Assembly (NCBI GenBank): GCA_964016885.1
Contig: OZ024766.1
Coordinates: forward strand, 11,718,001-11,782,000
Direction: 5' to 3'
Length of the DNA: 64,000 nt
Source: Eledone cirrhosa
Lineage: Eukaryota
The translations under genes and the position numbers were made by a program. Below, in pieces: positions 57,026 to 64,000 of this stretch. Under the pieces are notes generated by a model, which did no database searches, was not told where the DNA came from, and saw nothing but the letters and a program-made list of their open reading frames with translations. Within the stretch, counting starts at the first letter, position 1. Each line of letters begins with the position of its first letter.

Positions 57026-58992
57026 TTATAAGTTATTGCCCTCCATCCACCTAACATCCACCACCCTCCACTGGGGTATCTGACCCACCTGGGTACCTCA
57101 CCTCACCTGTCTCTCTCTCTCTCTTATATAAGTTATTGCCCTCCCTCCACTGGGGTATCTCACCCACCTGGGTACCTCACCTCACCTGTGTCTCTCTCTC
57201 TCTCTTATATAAGTTATTGCCCTCCCTCCACTGGGGTATCTCACCCACCTGGGTACCTCACCTCACCTGTGTCTCTCTCTCTCTCTTATATAAGTTATTG
57301 CCCTCCCTCCACTGGGGTATCTCACCCACCTGGGTACCTCACCTCACCTGTGTCTCTCTCTCTCTCTTATATAAGTTATTGCCCTCCCTCCACTGGGGTA
57401 TCTCACCCACCTGGGTACCTCACCTCACCTGTGTCTCTCTCTCTCTCTTATATAAGTTATTGCCCTCCCTCCACTGGGGTATCTCACCCACCTGGGTACC
57501 TTACCTCACCTGGGTACCTCTCTCTCTTATATAAGTTATTGCCCTCCCTCCACTGGGGTATCTCACCCACCCGGGTACCTCACCTCACCTGTCTCTCTCT
57601 CTCTTATATAAGTTATTGCCCTCCCTCCACTGGGGTATCTCACCCACCTGGGTACCTTACCTCACCTGGGTACCTCTCTCTCTTATATAAGTTATTGCCC
57701 TCCCTCCACTGGGGTATCTCACCCACCTGGGTACCTCACCTCACCTGTGTCTCTCACTCTCTTATATAAGTTATTGCCCTCCCTCCACTGGGGTATCTCA
57801 CCTACCTGGGTACCTTACCTCACCTGGGTACCTCTCTCTCTTATATAAGTTATTGCCCTCCCTCCACTGGGGTATCTCACCCACCTGGGTACCTCACCTC
57901 ACCTGTGTCTCTCTCTCTCATATAAGTTATTGCCCTCCCTCCACTGGGGTATCTCACCCACCTGGGTACCTCACCTCACCTGTCTCTCTCTCTCTTATAT
58001 AAGTTATTGCCCTCCCTCCACTGGGGTATCTCACCCACCTGGGTACCTCACCTCACCTGTGTCTCTCTCTCTCTCTTATATAAGTTATTGCCCTCCCTCC
58101 ACTGGGGTATCTCACCCACCTGGGTACCTCACCTCACCTGTGTCTCTCTCTCTCTTATATAAGTTATTGCCCTCCCTCCACTGGGGTACCTTACCTCACC
58201 TGGGTACCTCTCTCTCTTATATAAGTTATTGCCCTCCCTCCACTGGGGTATCTCACCCACCTGGGTACCTTACCTCACCTGTGTCTCTCTCTCTCTCTTA
58301 TATAAGTTATTGCTCTCCCTCCACTGGGGTACCTTACCTCACCTGGGTACCTCTCTCTCTTATATAAGTTATTGCCCTCCCTCCACTGGGGTATCTCACC
58401 CACCTGGGTACCTTACCTCACCTGTGTCTCTCTCTCTCTCTTATATAAGTTATTGCCCTCCCTCCACTGGGGTACCTTACCTCACCTGGGTACCTCTCTC
58501 TCTTATATAAGTTATTGCCCTCCCTCCACTGGGGTATCTCATCCACCTGGGTACCTTACCTCACCTGTGTCTCTCTCTCTCTCTTATATAAGTTATTGCC
58601 CTCCCTCCACTGGGGTACCTTACCTCACCTGGGTACCTCTCTCTCTTATATAAGTTATTGCCCTCCCTCCACTGGGGTATCTCACCCACCTGGGTACCTT
58701 ACCTCACCTGTGTCTCTCTCTCTCTCTTATATAAGTTATTGCCCTCCCTCCACTGGGGTACTTTACCTCACCTGGGTACCTCTCTCTCTTATATAAGTTA
58801 TTGCCCTCCCTCCACTGGGGTATCCCACCCACCTGGGTACCTTACCTCACCTGTGTCTCTCTCTCTCTCTTATATAAGTTATTGCCCTCCCTCCACTGGG
58901 GTACTTTACCTCACCTGGGTACCTCTCTCTCTTATATAAGTTATTGCCCTCCCTCCACTGGGGTATCTCACCCACCTGGGTACCTTACCTCA

Positions 58993-59023
<31 letters not shown>

Positions 59024-60270
59024 TATATAAGTTATTGCCCTCCCTCCACTGGGGTATCTCACCCACCTGGGTACCTTACCTCACCTGTGTCTCTCTCTCT
59101 CTCTTATATAAGTTATTGCCCTCCCTCCACTGGGGTACCTTACCTCACCTGGGTACCTCTCTCTCTTATATAAGTTATTGCCCTCCCTCCACTGGGGTAT
59201 CTCACCCACCTGGGTACCTTACCTCACCTGTGTCTCTCTCTCTCTCTTATATAAGTTATTGCCCTCCCCCCACTGGGGTATCTGACCCACCTGGGTACCT
59301 TACCTCACCTGTGTCTCTCTCTCTCTCTCTCTTATATAAGTTATTGCCCTCCCCCCACTGGGGTATCTGACCCACCTGGGTACCTCACCTCACCTGTGTC
59401 TCTCTCTCTCTTATATAAGTTATTGCCCTCCCTCCACTGGGGTATCTCACCCACCTGGGTACCTCACCTCACCTGTCTCTCTCTCTCTCTTATATAAGTT
59501 ATTGCCCTCCCTCCACTGGGGTATCTCACCCACCTGGGTACCTCACCTCACCTGTCTCTCTCTCTCTCTTATATAAGTTATTGCCCTCCCTCCACTGGGG
59601 TATCTCACCCACCTGGGTACCTCACCTCACCTGTGTCTCTCTCTCTCTTATATAAGTTATTGCCCTCCCTCCACTGGGGTATCTGACCCACCTGGGTACC
59701 TTACCTCACCTGTGTCTCTCTCTCTCTCTCTCTTATATAAGTTATTGCCCTCCCTCCACTGGGGTATCTGACCCACCTGGGTACCTCACCTCACCTGTCT
59801 CTCTCTCTCTTATATAAGTTATTGCCCTCCCTCCACTGGGGTATCTGACCCATCTGGGTACCTCTCTCTCTTATATAAGTTATTGCCCTCCCTCCACTGG
59901 GGTATCTGACCCACCTGGGTACCTCACCTCACCTGTCTCTCTCTCTCTCTCTTATATAAGTTATTGCCCTCCCTCCACTGGGGTATCTCACCCACCTGGG
60001 TACCTCACCTCACCTGTGTCTCTCTCTCTCTCTTATATAAGTTATTGCCCTCCCTCCACTGGGGTATCTCACCCACCTGGGTACCTCACCTCACCTGTCT
60101 CTCTCTCTCTCTCTTATATAAGTTATTGCCCTCCCTCCACTGGGGTATCTCACCCACCTGGGTACCTCACCTCACCTGTGTCTCTCTCTCTCTTATATAA
60201 GTTATTGCCCTCCCTCCACTGGGGTATCTCACCCACCTGGGTACCTCACCTCACCTGTGTCTCTCTTATA
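57025..60270. repeat. ~81-bp minisatellite (~40 units) with a 143-bp higher-order dimer in the middle
   Basis: Unit TATAAGTTATTGCCCTCCCTCCACTGGGGTATCTCACCCACCTGGGTACCTCACCTCACCTGTG(TC)n; 143-bp spacing 58229/58372/58515/58658/58801. Confidence 0.92.
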
Positions 60271-60276
60271 TTCCAG

Positions 60277-60398
60277 TTACATTCGGTAAAGCTGTCACAG
60301 AAGCCCACCTCCGCACCTGCCTTTACACGCGAGAAACTATAGACAGAATGCTCAACCAACCAGCGTCTCAGGAACATATAAAGCGCTATCAGAGTTTG
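60277..60398 (+). CDS. HR3: HR3/ROR exon: first helices of ligand-binding domain
   Basis: Acceptor ttccAG ends 60276, donor GTaagt at 60399; 122 bp, phase 1/0. VTFGKAVTEAHLRTCLYTRETIDRMLNQPASQEHIKRYQSL resembles the ROR/HR3 'H..TC.Y..E...YQ' LBD start. Confidence 0.9.
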
Positions 60399-60407
60399 GT
60401 AAGTGGC

Positions 60408-61230
60408 CCACACTCCATTCTTCACACTACACTCCACTCTTCACACCACACTCCACTCTTCACACCACACTCCACTCTTCAGACCACGCTCCATTCTTCA
60501 CCTTACACTCCACTCTTCACACTACACTCCACCCTTCACACTACACTCCACTCTTCACACCACACTCCATTCTTCACACTACACTCCACCCTTCACACCA
60601 CACTCCACACTTCACACCACACTCCACACTACACTCCACTCTTCACACCACACTCCACTCTTCAGACCACGCTCCATTCTTCACCTTACACTCCACTCTT
60701 CACACTACACTCCACTCTTCATTCCACACTCCACTCTTCACACTACACTACACTTTTCACACCACACTCCACTCTTCACACCACACTCCACTCTTCAGAC
60801 CACACTCCACTCTTCACCTTACGCTCCACTCTTCACACCACACTCCACTCTTCACATCACACTCCACTCTTCAGACCACACTCCACTCTTCACATCACAC
60901 TCCACTCTTCACCTTACACTCCACTCTTCACATCACACTCCACTCTTCACATCACACTCCACTCTTCAGACCACACTCCACTCTTCACATCACACTCCAC
61001 TCTTCACATCACACTCCACTCTTCAGACCACACTCCACTCTTCACACCACTCTTCACATCACACTCCACTCTTCACCTTACACTCCACTCTTCACATCAC
61101 ACTCCACTCTTCACATCACACTCCATTCTTCACACCACACATCCACTCTTCACACCACACATCCACTCTTTACACCACACATCCACTCTTCACCCTACAC
61201 TCCACTCTTCACCCTACACTTCACTCTACA
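60408..61230. repeat. 19-bp minisatellite (CACTCCACTCTTCACACCA)n
   Basis: Begins ~10 nt after the donor at 60399; about 40 units. Confidence 0.9.
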
Positions 61231-61461
61231 CTCTAATTGTACCACACTACACTCTACTTCCATTAGTTTGGTTTGGATTAAAATCTGGCATTATATCTCA
61301 CTCTCTCTCTCTCTCTCCCACCCTCTCTCTCCCCCTTTCCTCTCTCTCTTTCCCATCCACCTACTCTCTAACATGAGTTAGACAAGTTGACCCTGTGTCT
61401 TGCCCAAGCACAACTGTTTCTGGCTTGGTTTCTACAGCTGGATGCCCTTCCTAACACCAAC

Positions 61462-62710
61462 CACTTCACAGTGTGGACTGGGTGCTTTTTGTCATGATAC
61501 CTACATGACCACTTTACAGTGTGGACAGGGTGCTTTTTGTTGTGACACCTACATGACCACTTCACAGTGTGGACTGGGTGCTTTTTGTTGTGACACCTAC
61601 ATGACCACTTTACAGTGTGGACTGGGTGCTTTTTGTTGTGACACCTACATGACCACTTTACAGTGTGGACTGGGTGCTTTTTGTCATGACACCTACATGA
61701 CCACTTTACAGTGTGGACTGGGTGCTTCTTGTTGTGACACCTACATGACCACTTTACAGTGTGGACTGGGTGCTTTTTGTTGTGACACCTACATGACCTC
61801 TTTACAGTGTGGACTGGGTGCTTTTTGTCATGACACCTACATGACCACTTTACAGTGTGGACTGGGTACTTTTTGTTGACACCTACATGACCACTTTACA
61901 GTGTGGACTGGGTGCTTTTTGTTGTGACACCTACATGACCACTTTACAGTGTGGACTGGGTGCTTTTTGTCATGACACCTACACGACCACTTTACAGTGT
62001 GGACTGGATATATTTTGTTGTGACACCTACATGACCACTTTACAGTGTGGACTGGGTGCTTTTTGTTGTGACACCTACATGACCTCTTTACAGTGTGGAC
62101 TGGGTGCTTTTTGTTGTGACACCTACACGACCACTTTACAGTGTGGACTGGGTGCTTTTTGTTGTGACACCTACATGACCACTTTACAGTGTGGACTGGG
62201 TGCTTTTTGTTGTGACACCTACATGACCTCTTTACAGTGTGGACTGGGTGCTTTTTGTTGTGACACCTACATGACCACTTTACAGTGTGGACTGGGTGCT
62301 TTTTGTCATGACACCTACACGACCACTTTACAGTGTGGACTGGATATATTTTGTTGTGACACCTACATGACCACTTTACAGTGTGGACTGGGTGCTTTTT
62401 GTTGTGACACCTACATGACCTCTTTACAGTGTGGACTGGGTGCTTTTTGTTGTGACACCTACACGACCACTTTACAGTGTGGACTGGGTGCTTTTTGTTG
62501 TGACACCTACATGACCACTTTACAGTGTGGACTGGGTGCTTTTTGTCATGACACCTACATGACCACTTTACAGTGTGGACTGGGTGCTTTTTGTCATGAC
62601 ACCTACATGACCACTTTACAGTGTGGACTGGGTGCTTTTTGTCATGACACCTACATGACCTCTTTACAGTGTGGACTGGGTGCTTTTTGTTGTGACACCT
62701 ACACAACCAC
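61462..62710 (-). repeat. 48-bp minisatellite (~26 units) from RTE/SINE 3' UTR
   Basis: Reverse complement of the unit at 24259-24975; RTE tail at 61370-61460. Confidence 0.92.
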
Positions 62711-62950
62711 CTTATATGGGTATATATACACTCCATACTCTCATAATGCACTCAACCAAACTGTTCAGAGAGAGTAAGTTAAATATTACTAATTTGATAG
62801 TAAAATTAGTTCGTTAAGACATGATCATGTTACTTTATTATAAACTGGTGGTAGTGGTTGGTAGTAGTAGTGTTGGTGGTGGTGGTGGTGGTGGTGGTGG
62901 TGGTAGTGGCTGTGGTGGTTGGTGGTAGTAGTGGTGGTGGTGGTTGGTGA

Positions 62951-62984
<34 letters not shown>

Positions 62985-63079
62985 GGTGGTGGTGGTGGTG
63001 GTGGTGGTGGTTGGTGATAGTAGTAGTGGTGGTGGTGGCTGTGGTGGTTGGTGGTAGTAGTGGTGGTGGTGGTTGGTGA

Positions 63080-63116
<37 letters not shown>

Positions 63117-63266
63117 GGTGGTGGTGTTCCCAGCCAGACACTCCTAGGGTTAAGCAAATTACAAATAAATATATCTCCCCTCTCTCTCTCTCTCCCCCCT
63201 CTCTCTCTCACCCTATATGACAGAACACCTCTCCCATCATTTTGTCTCTCTCTCTCTCTCTCACCG

Positions 63267-63318
<52 letters not shown>

Positions 63319-63435
63319 TAAATACATATATGTTTATAATAATAAATGTTTCTACTTTTGGCATTCTCTCTCTATCTCTCTCTCTCATTGGACACCCCCT
63401 CCAATAATTATCTCTCTCTCTCTATCTATCTATCT

Positions 63436-63465
<30 letters not shown>

Positions 63466-63468
<3 letters not shown>

Positions 63469-63658
63469 AAAAAGTATGACCCCGACGGCAGAGCTCAAGC
63501 CATTTCGACGGGTATTTCTGAGTCCATAAATAGCCGTCGAAACGGCTTGAGCTCTGCCGTCGGGGTCATACTTTTTCCCTATTACCCACTCTACTACCCT
63601 AAGTATTGAGTACTCTGGTGCGTTATGGTCCATCTGGTTCCTTACCACATTTCCTTCG

Positions 63659-63662
<4 letters not shown>
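63466..63662. mobile_element. fold-back interspersed element (GACCCCGACGGC family)
   Basis: Inverted arms GGAAAAAGTATGACCCCGACGGCAGAGCTCAAGCC / GGCTTGAGCTCTGCCGTCGGGGTCATACTTTTTCC. Confidence 0.72.
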
Positions 63663-63702
<40 letters not shown>

Positions 63703-63732
63703 ATAATAATAAATTTGAAGACTGTTATTTTA

Positions 63733-63783
<51 letters not shown>

Positions 63784-63787
63784 GAAG

Positions 63788-63837
<50 letters not shown>

Positions 63838-64000
63838 TCCGACCTCACACACTTACACCTCACCAAGACAATGTCACTGGACCGAGACCTTTGGCGGTAC
63901 TCAGTAATAGAGAAGACCCGCCTTACCTAAGTACAAAGTAAAACCTACTACAGTCAGTAGGCATCTCTAACAAATACACCCCCGTCCCACCACCCCCACC

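Noticed and set aside
56218-57083. Lys/Arg-rich or Phe/Ser-rich ORFs
   Set aside because: Polypyrimidine simple repeat downstream of the donor at 56249.
57025-62710. Regularly spaced repeats resembling CRISPR arrays
   Set aside because: No unique spacers, eukaryotic context, no cas genes; these are minisatellites.

Overview
AT- and microsatellite-rich animal genomic DNA. The SINE, RTE and MITE repertoire points to an octopod cephalopod (inference). The only host gene I can support is a + strand NR1F nuclear receptor (HR3/ROR). It is visible as four phase-compatible coding exons: 15753-15894 (second zinc finger of the DNA-binding domain), 28238-28436 (C-terminal extension with poly-Asn), 56061-56248 (hinge) and 60277-60398 (start of the ligand-binding domain). 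The first zinc finger and the rest of the LBD were not found and presumably lie outside the window. Almost all ORFs in the supplied track are artefacts of simple repeats. The introns hold tRNA-derived SINEs, RTE and Tx1/L1 LINE fragments, a piggyBac-type MITE, a Helitron-like end, and at least ten minisatellite arrays, most grown out of internal segments of those elements. The most notable signals are: (1) about a dozen minimal hammerhead-ribozyme motifs carried by fold-back, Penelope-like fragments sitting in (TA)n tracts; (2) tandem arrays that multiply splice signals of the HR3 gene, giving duplicated zinc-finger half-exons with donors and about 40 decoy acceptors; (3) an exonic (AAC)15 facing an intronic (GTT)n across a splice donor, a candidate A-to-I recoding hairpin.
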